Below are positions 23,555 to 32,831 of a DNA stretch of 64,000 bases, piece by piece. A model generated the notes under the pieces. It worked only from the letters and a program-made list of their open reading frames with translations, made no database searches and was not told the origin of the DNA. Made by a program: the position numbers and the translations under genes. Origin of the DNA: a virus; the IMG/VR virus record IMGVR_UViG_3300023179_000104, positions 2,500-66,499 of that record. One strand, written 5' to 3'. Within the stretch, counting starts at the first letter, position 1; every line of letters starts with the position of its first letter.

Positions 23555-25020
23555 TGTCTAACATCCTTATCCGAAAGCGTAACGAAGTATATCTTGAACT
23601 TGAATGTGAAACTCATATTAAATATGAACTTTCGGAATATTTTACTTTTGAAGTTCCTGATGCAAAATTTATGCCACAATTTAAAAATAAATTATGGGAT
23701 GGAAAAATTCGTTTGTTTAGTCCAGCAGAAGGAAAACTTTATATAGGATTATTATCGTATCTTATAGAGTGGGCAGAAGAATGTGAATACTCTTTTGTGT
23801 TTGAAGAAAATCAATTTTACGGAAAACCAAATGAAACAGATCCATTGATCTCACCAGAAGGTGTTAAAGATTATATGAATTATCTTACACCAAAAATTAA
23901 ACCACGCGATTATCAATATGATGCAGTTTATAGAGCATTAAAAAATTATCGCAGAATTATTTTATCTCCAACTGGTTCTGGTAAGTCATTTATGATTTAT
24001 TCATTGGTAAGATACTTCACTGCCGCTAATTTTAAAACATTAATTATTGTACCAACTATTTCTTTGGTATCTCAACTTTTTAATGATTTTAAAGATTATG
24101 GATGGGATGCCGATACTAATTGCCACAAAGTATTTGCGGGAGAAACAAAGTTATCGGATATGCCTGTAATCATAACTACTTGGCAAAGTATTTACAAACT
24201 TCCTAAAAAATATTTTGATAATTATACTGCTGTTATTGGAGATGAATGTCATACGTTTAAGGCAAAATCTTTGACTGGTATTATGACTAAACTTCATGAG
24301 GCAAAATATCGTATTGGATTTACGGGTACTTTAGATGGAACTAAAACACATCGTTTAGTTTTGGAGGGTCTGTTTGGACTTTCAAACAAAGTAACCAATA
24401 CTGCTGAGCTTATGAAAAAAGGTCAATTGTCAAATCTAAAAATTAATATTTTATTACTTAAACATGAATCTTATAAATTTGCAAGCTATCCCGATGAAAT
24501 GGATTATATTGTATCACATCAAAAAAGAAATTTGTTTATTAAAAATTTAGTTAAAGACCTCACTGGTAACTCATTAGTTCTTTTCAATTACGTTGAAAAA
24601 CACGGAGCACCTTTATTTGATATTATAAATAATGCTATAGGATCTGAACGTAATGTTTTCTTTGTTCACGGTGGAGTTGAAGCTGAAGAACGAGAACAAA
24701 TTCGTCAATTAACAGAACAACAAAATGACTGTGTAATTATTGCCAGTTACGGAACATTTTCTACTGGTATTAATATTAAAAATTTACACAATATTGTTTT
24801 TGCTTCTCCAAGCAAATCAAGAATTAGAAATTTACAATCAATTGGTAGAGTATTGAGAAAAGGTGATAATAAATCACAGGCAATACTATACGATATTGCT
24901 GATGATTTTTCAAAAGGAAATTATAACAATTATACTTTAAATCATCTTAAAGAAAGAATTAAAATTTATAATGAAGAAAATTTTAATTACGAAATTATTC
25001 CAGTAAACATAAAAAAATGA
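23554..25020 (+). CDS. uvsW: SF2 helicase UvsW
   Basis: SPTGSGKS, DECH, ASYGTFSTGINI, LQSIGRVLR. Confidence 0.97.
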   Translation: MSNILIRKRNEVYLELECETHIKYELSEYFTFEVPDAKFMPQFKNKLWDGKIRLFSPAEGKLYIGLLSYLIEWAEECEYSFVFEENQFYGKPNETDPLISPEGVKDYMNYLTPKIKPRDYQYDAVYRALKNYRRIILSPTGSGKSFMIYSLVRYFTAANFKTLIIVPTISLVSQLFNDFKDYGWDADTNCHKVFAGETKLSDMPVIITTWQSIYKLPKKYFDNYTAVIGDECHTFKAKSLTGIMTKLHEAKYRIGFTGTLDGTKTHRLVLEGLFGLSNKVTNTAELMKKGQLSNLKINILLLKHESYKFASYPDEMDYIVSHQKRNLFIKNLVKDLTGNSLVLFNYVEKHGAPLFDIINNAIGSERNVFFVHGGVEAEEREQIRQLTEQQNDCVIIASYGTFSTGINIKNLHNIVFASPSKSRIRNLQSIGRVLRKGDNKSQAILYDIADDFSKGNYNNYTLNHLKERIKIYNEENFNYEIIPVNIKK

Positions 25021-25427
25021 ATGAAAATCAATTTTTTGCTTCAATAAAATTAACTACGGGAGAAGAAATTCTTGGTCTTATTAAGATTGAAGAAGATGGT
25101 ATTTTAATTGAAAATCCTTTAATCTTAGAAGATATAAGTATTTTTAATGATATATTAGAAACTTCATCATCTAAAGGATTAAAACTTTCAAAATGGATTA
25201 AATCTTCTACTGAAGATTTATTTTTTATTAAAGATAATAAAATTATTACTATTGGTGAATTAAAAGAACCAGGACTAACTTCTTATAAAAGAGCAGTAAT
25301 AGATATTGCAAAAGGAAATCAAAATTTTAAAAAAGAAATTTGTACAGATAGAAAAAAATATAACGGACATCATAGTAATATAAATGATGCTCGTATTAAA
25401 TTTGAAAAATTATTTAATGATTATTAA
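25017..25427 (+). CDS. Conserved hypothetical protein (Sm-like N-terminus)
   Basis: FASIKLTTGEEILG; usual position between uvsW and gp55 in cyanophages. Confidence 0.75.
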   Translation: MNENQFFASIKLTTGEEILGLIKIEEDGILIENPLILEDISIFNDILETSSSKGLKLSKWIKSSTEDLFFIKDNKIITIGELKEPGLTSYKRAVIDIAKGNQNFKKEICTDRKKYNGHHSNINDARIKFEKLFNDY

Positions 25428-25463
25428 TTAATACTAATATTGATTTTAAACCTCCACAGAGTT

Positions 25464-25492
25464 ATTATACTGGTATTTTGAAGTGTTGTCAA
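25464..25492 (-). promoter_or_regulatory. Perfect-consensus sigma70 promoter on the minus strand (antisense to the uvsW operon)
   Basis: Reverse complement reads TTGACA-17 nt-TATAAT. Confidence 0.7.
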
Positions 25493-25515
25493 GCCCCCCT
25501 AAAATGTGGTATAAT
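25486..25515 (+). promoter_or_regulatory. Sigma70-type promoter for the gp55 operon
   Basis: TTGTCA-18 nt-TATAAT with TG extended -10. Confidence 0.65.
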
Positions 25516-25551
25516 ATGTACATACAAATATTAAGAGAGCAATGAAATCAA

Positions 25552-26028
25552 ATGAGAATGAAAAAAAAGCCAGAGCATTATGTAAACAATAAAGAATTTT
25601 TATCTGCTTTATCCGCTTACAAAATTAAAGTTAATAAGGCATTGACAGAAGGAACCACTCGTCCTATAATACCAAAATACATTGCAGAATGTTTTTTGAA
25701 AATTTCAACACACTTATCATATCGTCCTAATTTTGTTAACTATCCATTTAGAGAAGATATGATAAGTGATGGTGTTGAAAATTGCGTTCAATATATTGAT
25801 AGATTTGACATAGAACGCACAAATCCATTTGCTTATTTTACTCAGATTATTTACTATGCTTTTCTTCGAAGAATTCAAAAGGAAAAGAAACAATTAGAAA
25901 TCAAAGCAAAAATTCTTGAACGATCTGGATATGATGAAGTATTACATGCAGATGCAAATGAATTAAATTTTTCCTCTTCCGATTACAATAGCATTAAACA
26001 AACCATTGAACAAAAAAATAGAAGATGA
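25552..26028 (+). CDS. gp55: Late-transcription sigma factor gp55
   Basis: HYVNNKEF, RPNFVNY.FREDMISDGVENC, NPFAYFTQI. Confidence 0.97.
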   Translation: MRMKKKPEHYVNNKEFLSALSAYKIKVNKALTEGTTRPIIPKYIAECFLKISTHLSYRPNFVNYPFREDMISDGVENCVQYIDRFDIERTNPFAYFTQIIYYAFLRRIQKEKKQLEIKAKILERSGYDEVLHADANELNFSSSDYNSIKQTIEQKNRR

Positions 26029-27071
26029 AAGTAGCTTTACTTACCGATACACACTATGGATTTAAGAAAGGTAGTCAAGATTTTCACGATTACTTTCTTA
26101 AATTTTATAATGATGTATTTTTTCCTACCCTAAAAAAAGAAAAAATCAAGCACATTATTCATATGGGAGATGTGTTTGATATTCGTAAGAATATTGATTT
26201 TTGGAGTTTGAACTGGGCAAAGAAAAATATTTTTAAACCACTTGAGGAGATGGGTATTACCTGTGATCTCTTAGTTGGTAATCATGATAGTTTTTATAAA
26301 AATACTTTAGAGATTAATTCTCTAGAATGTTTGCTTCTTGATTTTGCTAATCTTCGTGTCTTTAGTAGTCCTTCTGAAGTAACCTTAGATAAAACTAAAC
26401 TAATGTATGTTCCGTGGATTTGTCAAGATAATGAACAACAAACTCTTAATCTTATTCAAGATACTGAAGCAAAGGTAGTATTGGGTCATTTAGAACTTAA
26501 AGGGTTTGCTGCCAATTTAGGTTGGACATGTGAGCATGGATATGATGCATCTATCTTTGATAAATTTGAGTTAGTAATGTCTGGACATTTTCATACTCGT
26601 AGTAAAAGACATAATATTCAGTATGTCGGAAATGCATATCAAATGTATTGGAATGATTATAATGATAAACGTGGGTTTAATATTTTTGATACTAATACTC
26701 AAAAACTTAAATTTTATGAAAATCCTTATCAGATGTTTCATAAAATTTTCTATGATGATACTAAGAATGATTATTACGACATTGACTTTGAGAAATATAA
26801 AAATACTTGTATCAAATTAATTGTAGAAAATAAAACTGATTATACTCAATTTGATTATATTGTTAGTAATCTTCAGGATGTTGTAATCGATCTTAAAATA
26901 GTTGAAGATTTTTCTGTTGAAGGTAATACAGATGATGATATTGAACTGGAACATGAAGATACATTAACTATTCTTGAAAAGTATATTGATGAAATAAATA
27001 CCAGTTTAGATAGTGTAAAATTGAAAGAAATCATGAAATCACTTTATGTTGAGGCATTAGAGGTGGTATAA
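26025..27071 (+). CDS. gp47: Recombination nuclease gp47 (Mre11/SbcD-like)
   Basis: DTHYG, GDVFD, GNHD and SGHFH phosphoesterase motifs. Confidence 0.96.
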   Translation: MKVALLTDTHYGFKKGSQDFHDYFLKFYNDVFFPTLKKEKIKHIIHMGDVFDIRKNIDFWSLNWAKKNIFKPLEEMGITCDLLVGNHDSFYKNTLEINSLECLLLDFANLRVFSSPSEVTLDKTKLMYVPWICQDNEQQTLNLIQDTEAKVVLGHLELKGFAANLGWTCEHGYDASIFDKFELVMSGHFHTRSKRHNIQYVGNAYQMYWNDYNDKRGFNIFDTNTQKLKFYENPYQMFHKIFYDDTKNDYYDIDFEKYKNTCIKLIVENKTDYTQFDYIVSNLQDVVIDLKIVEDFSVEGNTDDDIELEHEDTLTILEKYIDEINTSLDSVKLKEIMKSLYVEALEVV

Positions 27072-27337
27072 TGTATATTTTATGTCTTAGGGGAAAGGAA
27101 GATGAAGGTGCATATGCAATGGCAAATGATCAAGGTAAAAAAATTCTTTTAATGTTTGAAGAAGAAGATGATGCTAACCGATACATTGGAATGCTTGAAG
27201 CGGAAGATTTTGTTCCTTTAATTGCTGTAGAAATTGATGCTAATAGTATGATTAATATGTGTGAAAATTCTGGATATGAATTTATGATTGTAACACCCAA
27301 TGAACTTGTAATTCCACCCTCTTATAATGACTTATGA
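27071..27337 (+). CDS. Conserved cyanophage hypothetical protein (DUF3110-like)
   Basis: EGAYA...FEEEDDA.RY..MLEA; position between gp47 and gp46. Confidence 0.75.
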   Translation: MYILCLRGKEDEGAYAMANDQGKKILLMFEEEDDANRYIGMLEAEDFVPLIAVEIDANSMINMCENSGYEFMIVTPNELVIPPSYNDL

Positions 27338-29067
27338 TTATTTTTAAAACCATTCGCTTTAAGAATTTTCTTTCTACTGGTAATAATTTTACAGAAATTT
27401 CTTTAAATTCTCATAGAAATAATATTATTGTTGGTACTAATGGTGCTGGTAAGAGTACCATTTTAGATGCTCTTACTTTTGGGTTGTTCAATAAACCTTT
27501 TCGTAAAATTAATAAACCTCAACTAGTTAATTCTATTAATTGTAAAGAATGTTCTGTTGAGATTGAATTCTCTGTGAGCAAAAAAGAATATAAAGTAATA
27601 CGTGGGATGAAACCAAACATATTTGAAGTATATGTAAATGGTAAAATGCTTGATCAAGATGCTGCTATTGTAGATCAGCAAAAATTTTTGGAGCAAAACA
27701 TTCTTAAACTTAACTACAAATCATTCACGCAAATTGTTGTACTTGGTTCTAGTACGTTTATTCCTTTTATGCAATTGCCATTGGCATCTCGTAGGGAAAT
27801 TATTGAGGATCTTTTGGACATTCAAGTATTCAGTATTATGAATACTAATTTGAAAGAAAGAACAAAACGATTAGTTGATGATATGCGGGTCACTGAGAAC
27901 AATATTGATCTTGTCAAACATAAAATTGAAACGCAAGAAAATCTTATTAAAGAACTTGAAAGTAAAAGTGATAGTATTGTTTTAGATAAGTCAAATAAAA
28001 TTGATCAATTTTTCAAACAAAGCAATTTTCTTTTAGAAGAAAATGAAGATCTTAATATTTACATATCCGAAAAGCAATCTGAACTATCTGGACAGGATAA
28101 ATTATCTAGTAAATTTGATAATTTAAAAGAATATAAGTTTAAATTTAAAAATAAAATTTCAAATTTAACTAAAGAAAATCAATTTTATAATCAAAACGAC
28201 AACTGCCCTACTTGCAAACAAATTTTAGACGAAAGTTTTAAATTAGAAAAGATTGCTAAGAATTATAGTGCCTTAAAGGAAACAGAAAATGCTTGGACGG
28301 AGTTGGAAAATGAAATGCAAAAGGTTGAGAAACAGTTAGATAATTTTAAAAAAATTAATTCGGATATCCAAAACAAATACTCACAGATTGATAAAAACAA
28401 TAGTATGATTAATCATTTACAAATAGAAATTAATCAACTAGAAAAAGAAATCAATGATGTTCAAGATCAAAAAAATAGTTCTAATAAAGAAAGAGAAGTT
28501 CTTGATAAATTAAATCTACAATTAAATTCATATGAAGAAATGTTTATTACACACAAACAAAACAAAGATTATTATAATCTTTGTTCAAATTTACTAAAAG
28601 ATACGGGAATTAAAACTAAAATCATTAAACGATATTTGCCTGTAATGAATAAACATATTAATCAATTTCTTCAACAAATGGATTTCTTTGTGAATTTTAC
28701 TCTCAGCGAAAGTTTTGAAGAAACTATTAAATCTCGTTACCGAGATGATTTTAGTTATTCATCATTTTCGGAGGGAGAAAAATCTCGTATTGATATCTCT
28801 CTGATGTTGACTTGGCGAGCAGTAGCAAAACTTAAAAATAGTGTGGATACCAATCTGTTGATCCTAGATGAAATTTTTGATAGTTCACTTGACAACACGG
28901 GCACTGATGAGTTATCATTCATATTGAGGAACTTCACCAGCGATGTAAATCTTTTTATCATCTCTCATCGAGAGCATATGATTGAGAAGTTTGATCGAGT
29001 TCTTAAATTTAACAAAGTGAAAAATTTTAGTAAAATGGAGGAATTGACAAATGCAATGGAAGTATAA
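27334..29067 (+). CDS. gp46: Recombination ATPase gp46 (Rad50/SbcC-like)
   Basis: GTNGAGKS, CPTC zinc hook, FSEGEK, LILDEIFDSSLD. Confidence 0.97.
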   Translation: MIIFKTIRFKNFLSTGNNFTEISLNSHRNNIIVGTNGAGKSTILDALTFGLFNKPFRKINKPQLVNSINCKECSVEIEFSVSKKEYKVIRGMKPNIFEVYVNGKMLDQDAAIVDQQKFLEQNILKLNYKSFTQIVVLGSSTFIPFMQLPLASRREIIEDLLDIQVFSIMNTNLKERTKRLVDDMRVTENNIDLVKHKIETQENLIKELESKSDSIVLDKSNKIDQFFKQSNFLLEENEDLNIYISEKQSELSGQDKLSSKFDNLKEYKFKFKNKISNLTKENQFYNQNDNCPTCKQILDESFKLEKIAKNYSALKETENAWTELENEMQKVEKQLDNFKKINSDIQNKYSQIDKNNSMINHLQIEINQLEKEINDVQDQKNSSNKEREVLDKLNLQLNSYEEMFITHKQNKDYYNLCSNLLKDTGIKTKIIKRYLPVMNKHINQFLQQMDFFVNFTLSESFEETIKSRYRDDFSYSSFSEGEKSRIDISLMLTWRAVAKLKNSVDTNLLILDEIFDSSLDNTGTDELSFILRNFTSDVNLFIISHREHMIEKFDRVLKFNKVKNFSKMEELTNAMEV

Positions 29068-29362
29068 TGAAGATAAAATCCTCAAAGATATTGAAGATTA
29101 TGTGGTAACTACCTATCATGGTCATTACTGTGGTGATCAAGAAGGTTATGATGATATTCAAACGATTGATTTGATGGCAGCAAAGAAACTTGCTGCTCCG
29201 TTTTGCCAAGCAAATATTCTTAAATACGGTTCACGTTATGGTGATAAAGATGGACATAACAAACGTGACTTGCTAAAAGTCATTCATTATGCTATGCTAC
29301 TACTTCACTTTGATTCACACTATTCTCGCAAAGATAACGGTCTTACTGAATTTAAATCTTAA
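29051..29362 (+). CDS. Conserved hypothetical protein (DUF3310-like)
   Basis: Y..HY, F...NILKY..RYG.KDG...DLLK..HY pattern. Confidence 0.75.
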   Translation: MQWKYNEDKILKDIEDYVVTTYHGHYCGDQEGYDDIQTIDLMAAKKLAAPFCQANILKYGSRYGDKDGHNKRDLLKVIHYAMLLLHFDSHYSRKDNGLTEFKS

Positions 29363-29364
29363 TT

Positions 29365-30024
29365 ATGAAACTTTCCGAAAACACTTTTAATATTCTTAAG
29401 AATTTTGCTGGTATTAATCAGTCAATTTCTGTAAAATCAGGTAACACTCTTCGCACTATTTCTGTGGCAGAAAACATTTTTGCTGTGGCAAATGTAGAAG
29501 AAAAGTTTCCTCGCAACTTTTCACTATATGATCTTAATGAATTTCTTGGCGGAATGTCGCTGATGAAAAATGCTGAAATGATATTTGATGATGGTGATTT
29601 TGTTCGCATCAAAACTAATCGATCACAAATTAAATATTTCTTTTCAGACGATAGCTTGATTAAGCAAGCACCAAACGCAGATATTAAACTTCCTGATGAG
29701 GATGTACAATTTTCATTGACTGAAGCAGATCTTAATAGTGTTATTCGTGCTGCTTCAGTATATCAACTTCCAGATTTTTCTGTCATTGGTGATGGTGAAG
29801 AAATTCATATTGTTGCTCGTGATAAAGAAAATGACACCTCTAACACTTTTTCCATTGCAGTTGGAAATACTAAAGAAGAATTTGTTTTTAATCTTAAGGT
29901 TGAAAATATTAAACTTCTTAAAGGTGATTATCATGTGAGTATTTCAAAGGAATTGATCAGTAAATTTATTCATCAATCTATTCCTTTGGTATACTATATT
30001 GCATTAGAACCAGATTCTAATTGA
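29365..30024 (+). CDS. gp45: Sliding clamp gp45
   Basis: MKLS..T..ILKNFAGINQS, YDLNEFL, YYIALE. Confidence 0.96.
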   Translation: MKLSENTFNILKNFAGINQSISVKSGNTLRTISVAENIFAVANVEEKFPRNFSLYDLNEFLGGMSLMKNAEMIFDDGDFVRIKTNRSQIKYFFSDDSLIKQAPNADIKLPDEDVQFSLTEADLNSVIRAASVYQLPDFSVIGDGEEIHIVARDKENDTSNTFSIAVGNTKEEFVFNLKVENIKLLKGDYHVSISKELISKFIHQSIPLVYYIALEPDSN

Positions 30025-30042
30025 CCTTTATTTTTTTATATA

Positions 30043-30984
30043 ATGCAAGACAAATATCTTTGGTGTGAAAAGTACAGACCACAAACAATTGAAGAATGTA
30101 TACTTCCTGATAGTATCAAACGGGATCTTCAGCAACAGGTAGATGCTGGTGAGTTGAATAATCTTCTTCTCACTGGTCCTCCTGGTGTTGGTAAAACCAC
30201 TGCTGCAAAGGCACTCTGTAATCAATTAAACCTATCTTATATTGTAATCAATGGATCTGACGAAGGACGATTTTTGGACACGGTACGGAACCAAGCAAAA
30301 ACTTTTGCAACGACCGTTTCACTTCAAGGAAGTAAACACAAGGTCATCATTATTGATGAAGCAGATAACACGGGGAATGATGTACAACTCTTATTGCGGA
30401 GTAGTATTGAGGCGTATCATAGAAACTGCAGATTTATCTTTACCTGCAATTACAAAAACAAAATCATCGAGCCTATTCAATCAAGATGTTCAGTCATTGA
30501 TTTTACTTACAAAAAAAAGGAGCGAGCATCCGTCGCTTCTCAATTCTTTAACCGAGTACGGAAAATCTTGGCTGAAGAAAATGTTGAATATGACGCCAAA
30601 GTAGTTGCTGAATTAATTCAGAAGCACTTTCCAGATTGGCGTAGTATCTTAAATCAACTTCAAAAATATGGTAACACTGGTTCTATTAACACTGGAATTC
30701 TTGCAGAAGTTTCCGATGTGAATATGAAAGAATTGATGGATTCTTTAAAAAATAAAGAATTTAATACTGTTCGTAAGTGGGTAGTTGCTAATCTTGATAA
30801 TGACTTTAATATGGTAATTCATCGTATCTATGATGCAATGTACGATGCATTGGTTCCTAATACTATCCCCGCTGCCGTTCTAGTGATTGCTAAGTATCAG
30901 TATCAAGCAGCATTTGCTGCAGATCAAGAAATTAATCTTCTTGCTTGTCTCGTTGAAATTATGATGGAGTGTGAGTTTAAGTAA
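30043..30984 (+). CDS. gp44: Clamp loader large subunit gp44
   Basis: EKYRP, GPPGVGKT, IIDEAD, SRC motif. Confidence 0.97.
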   Translation: MQDKYLWCEKYRPQTIEECILPDSIKRDLQQQVDAGELNNLLLTGPPGVGKTTAAKALCNQLNLSYIVINGSDEGRFLDTVRNQAKTFATTVSLQGSKHKVIIIDEADNTGNDVQLLLRSSIEAYHRNCRFIFTCNYKNKIIEPIQSRCSVIDFTYKKKERASVASQFFNRVRKILAEENVEYDAKVVAELIQKHFPDWRSILNQLQKYGNTGSINTGILAEVSDVNMKELMDSLKNKEFNTVRKWVVANLDNDFNMVIHRIYDAMYDALVPNTIPAAVLVIAKYQYQAAFAADQEINLLACLVEIMMECEFK

Positions 30985-31012
30985 ATGCAAAACTTATTAA
31001 TGGATAATTATT

Positions 31013-31228
31013 ATGACTAAAGAATCTTATTTTGTTATTGCTAAAAACGGTGTTGCTCAACTCCGTAGTTTGTCTGGTCCTGTTGCCACATTTGGTAAGG
31101 ATGTTTCTTCTGCCGTAATTCAAGGAGATAACATTGTAGTTACTCAGTACAATGGAACTATCCAGATTTTTCAATTTACTGCATCTGGTAAAGGTGTAAT
31201 GGGTCCTGTACGTACTATTAAAGCATGA
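31013..31228 (+). CDS. Hypothetical protein
   Basis: 71-aa ORF with host-like codon usage; ATGA overlap with gp62. Confidence 0.7.
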   Translation: MTKESYFVIAKNGVAQLRSLSGPVATFGKDVSSAVIQGDNIVVTQYNGTIQIFQFTASGKGVMGPVRTIKA

Positions 31229-31605
31229 AAACAGAACTTAAAGATTGGTTAAATTCCATCAATCATGAAAAAGAAAATATTATGATTGATGAAAATCAAA
31301 AGGAATACCCCCCATATATTATTAATCGGTGTTTATCTGCATTTATAGATACTATTATGTTTGCAAATGAAATGAATATTAATCATCATCTTTCTTCAAA
31401 ACTGCAATATCAGTTTTTACTAAATATTGTCAGACCAAAAAGAAGATTTTCTCCTTGGTTGAAAAAGGAAAAATTAGATGATATTGAAGTAGTTAAATCT
31501 TATTATGGATATAGTAATGAGAAAGCAAAAACTGCTTTAAATATTCTTTCTGAAGAGCAACTTAATTCTATTAAATTGAAACAAATTAGAGGTGGAAGAC
31601 AATGA
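31225..31605 (+). CDS. gp62: Clamp loader small subunit gp62
   Basis: YPPYIINRCLS, ANEMN, KRRFSPW, YYGYS.EKA. Confidence 0.94.
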   Translation: MKTELKDWLNSINHEKENIMIDENQKEYPPYIINRCLSAFIDTIMFANEMNINHHLSSKLQYQFLLNIVRPKRRFSPWLKKEKLDDIEVVKSYYGYSNEKAKTALNILSEEQLNSIKLKQIRGGRQ

Positions 31606-32039
31606 CGACAGCAACTGATATTGAAGTATCTTGGACACCAAATCAAATGGTGGAAGTTACATTGGGTCAGCCTGATGATTTTCTTAAAGTTCGTGAAACA
31701 CTGACTCGCATTGGAGTTGCATCACGCAAGGAAAAGAAACTCTATCAGAGCTGCCATATTTTGCATAAACAGGGACGATACTATATTGTTCACTTTAAAG
31801 AACTGTTTGCACTTGATGGTAAACGTGCCAACCTAACATTAAATGATGTTCAGCGTCGTAATCGTATTACTCAACTATTAGTTGATTGGGAATTGATTAC
31901 GGTATTAAAACCCGAGCAAATTGAAGATGTATCTCCATTAAATCAAATTAAAGTTATTGCTTACAAAGAAAAAAGTGAATGGATTTTGGAAGCAAAATAT
32001 AATATCGGCAAGAAAAAAGTAGTGATAACCGAAGAATAA
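31602..32039 (+). CDS. regA: Translational repressor RegA
   Basis: DDFLKVRETLTRIGVAS, LYQSCHILHKQGRYYIVHFKELF. Confidence 0.97.
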   Translation: MTTATDIEVSWTPNQMVEVTLGQPDDFLKVRETLTRIGVASRKEKKLYQSCHILHKQGRYYIVHFKELFALDGKRANLTLNDVQRRNRITQLLVDWELITVLKPEQIEDVSPLNQIKVIAYKEKSEWILEAKYNIGKKKVVITEE

Positions 32040-32044
32040 TATAC

Positions 32045-32067
32045 GGGGGGCTCCACTCCCTTTTTTT
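32045..32067 (+). terminator. Probable terminator after regA
   Basis: G-rich/C-rich hairpin followed by a T tract. Confidence 0.6.
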
Positions 32068-32085
32068 ATGTTATTTGATATATAC

Positions 32086-32114
32086 TAATGATGTTGCCTT
32101 CGGGAACATCATTA
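32086..32114 (+). promoter_or_regulatory. UUCG-capped leader hairpin of hsp20
   Basis: TAATGATGTT(G)CC-TTCG-GGAACATCATTA. Confidence 0.6.
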
Positions 32115-32141
32115 ACTTACAGACGCTTAAGGAGGTCTATC

Positions 32142-32582
32142 ATGTTTACAACTAATGTAGTAAAATACAATGTCACTGACATTAATAAATTAATCGAAGA
32201 TGCTAGTAGATTTGGCATCGGGATGGATGAATGGATTCGTAGGTTCGCCACAGTACATGAATCAACACCAAATTTTCCACCATACAATCTTATTCAAGAA
32301 AACTCTACCCAGTATACTTTAGAAATTGCTCTGGCTGGATACAGAAAAGAGGACATTGAAGTTTTCACTGAATGGAATAAACTTTTTGTCAAATGTGATA
32401 AATCCGAAAATGAATATGAATACTTGCATAATGGTATTGCTAAAAGAGCATTCACTCGTACCTGGACTTTATCAGATGATGTAGAAATTGGTAATGTAGC
32501 TTTTGCTGATGGTCTTTTGACTATTACACTTAATCGTGTCATTCCAGAACATCAGAAGAAAAAAATTTATAAGTTAAGCTAA
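32142..32582 (+). CDS. hsp20: Small heat-shock protein Hsp20
   Basis: FPPYN, LEIALAGY, GIAKRAFTR.W.L, DGLL.I.L; start moved to the ATG after AAGGAGG. Confidence 0.93.
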   Translation: MFTTNVVKYNVTDINKLIEDASRFGIGMDEWIRRFATVHESTPNFPPYNLIQENSTQYTLEIALAGYRKEDIEVFTEWNKLFVKCDKSENEYEYLHNGIAKRAFTRTWTLSDDVEIGNVAFADGLLTITLNRVIPEHQKKKIYKLS

Positions 32583-32612
32583 ATAGTATTGAGCTAACTA
32601 TCGTCGCCGCTG

Positions 32613-32650
32613 GAGCCTCCCTGCCAAATAACAGGGGTGGCTCCTTTTTT
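32613..32650 (+). terminator. Rho-independent terminator
   Basis: GGAGCCTCCCTG...CAGGGGTGGCTCC followed by a T tract. Confidence 0.8.
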
Positions 32651-32657
32651 ATAAATA
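32650..32657 (+). promoter_or_regulatory. T4-type late promoter
   Basis: TATAAATA fused to the terminator T tract. Confidence 0.75.
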
Positions 32658-32669
32658 AAAATAAAACGG

Positions 32670-32831
32670 ATGAAGACCTTTAAGCAATATATTTCTGAAA
32701 TGAAAGGAGATTTTGGTACTAACCCTCCTAAACCAAAAGTAAAATGCTATGGTAAAACCACAACATATAAATCAACAGGTAAGAAGGTGTGTGCATACAA
32801 ATCAAGTTCATCTCGTGGCGGTGATTCATGA
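32670..32831 (+). CDS. 53-aa basic peptide with capsid-targeting-like N-terminus (not in the ORF track)
   Basis: MKTFKQYISEMKGDFGTNPPKPKVKCYGKTTTYKSTGKKVCAYKSSSSRGGDS; ATGA overlap with the next gene. Confidence 0.7.
   Translation: MKTFKQYISEMKGDFGTNPPKPKVKCYGKTTTYKSTGKKVCAYKSSSSRGGDS

Noticed and set aside
32088-32141. Longer Hsp20 N-terminus
   Set aside because: It lies within the leader hairpin; AAGGAGG supports ATG 32142.
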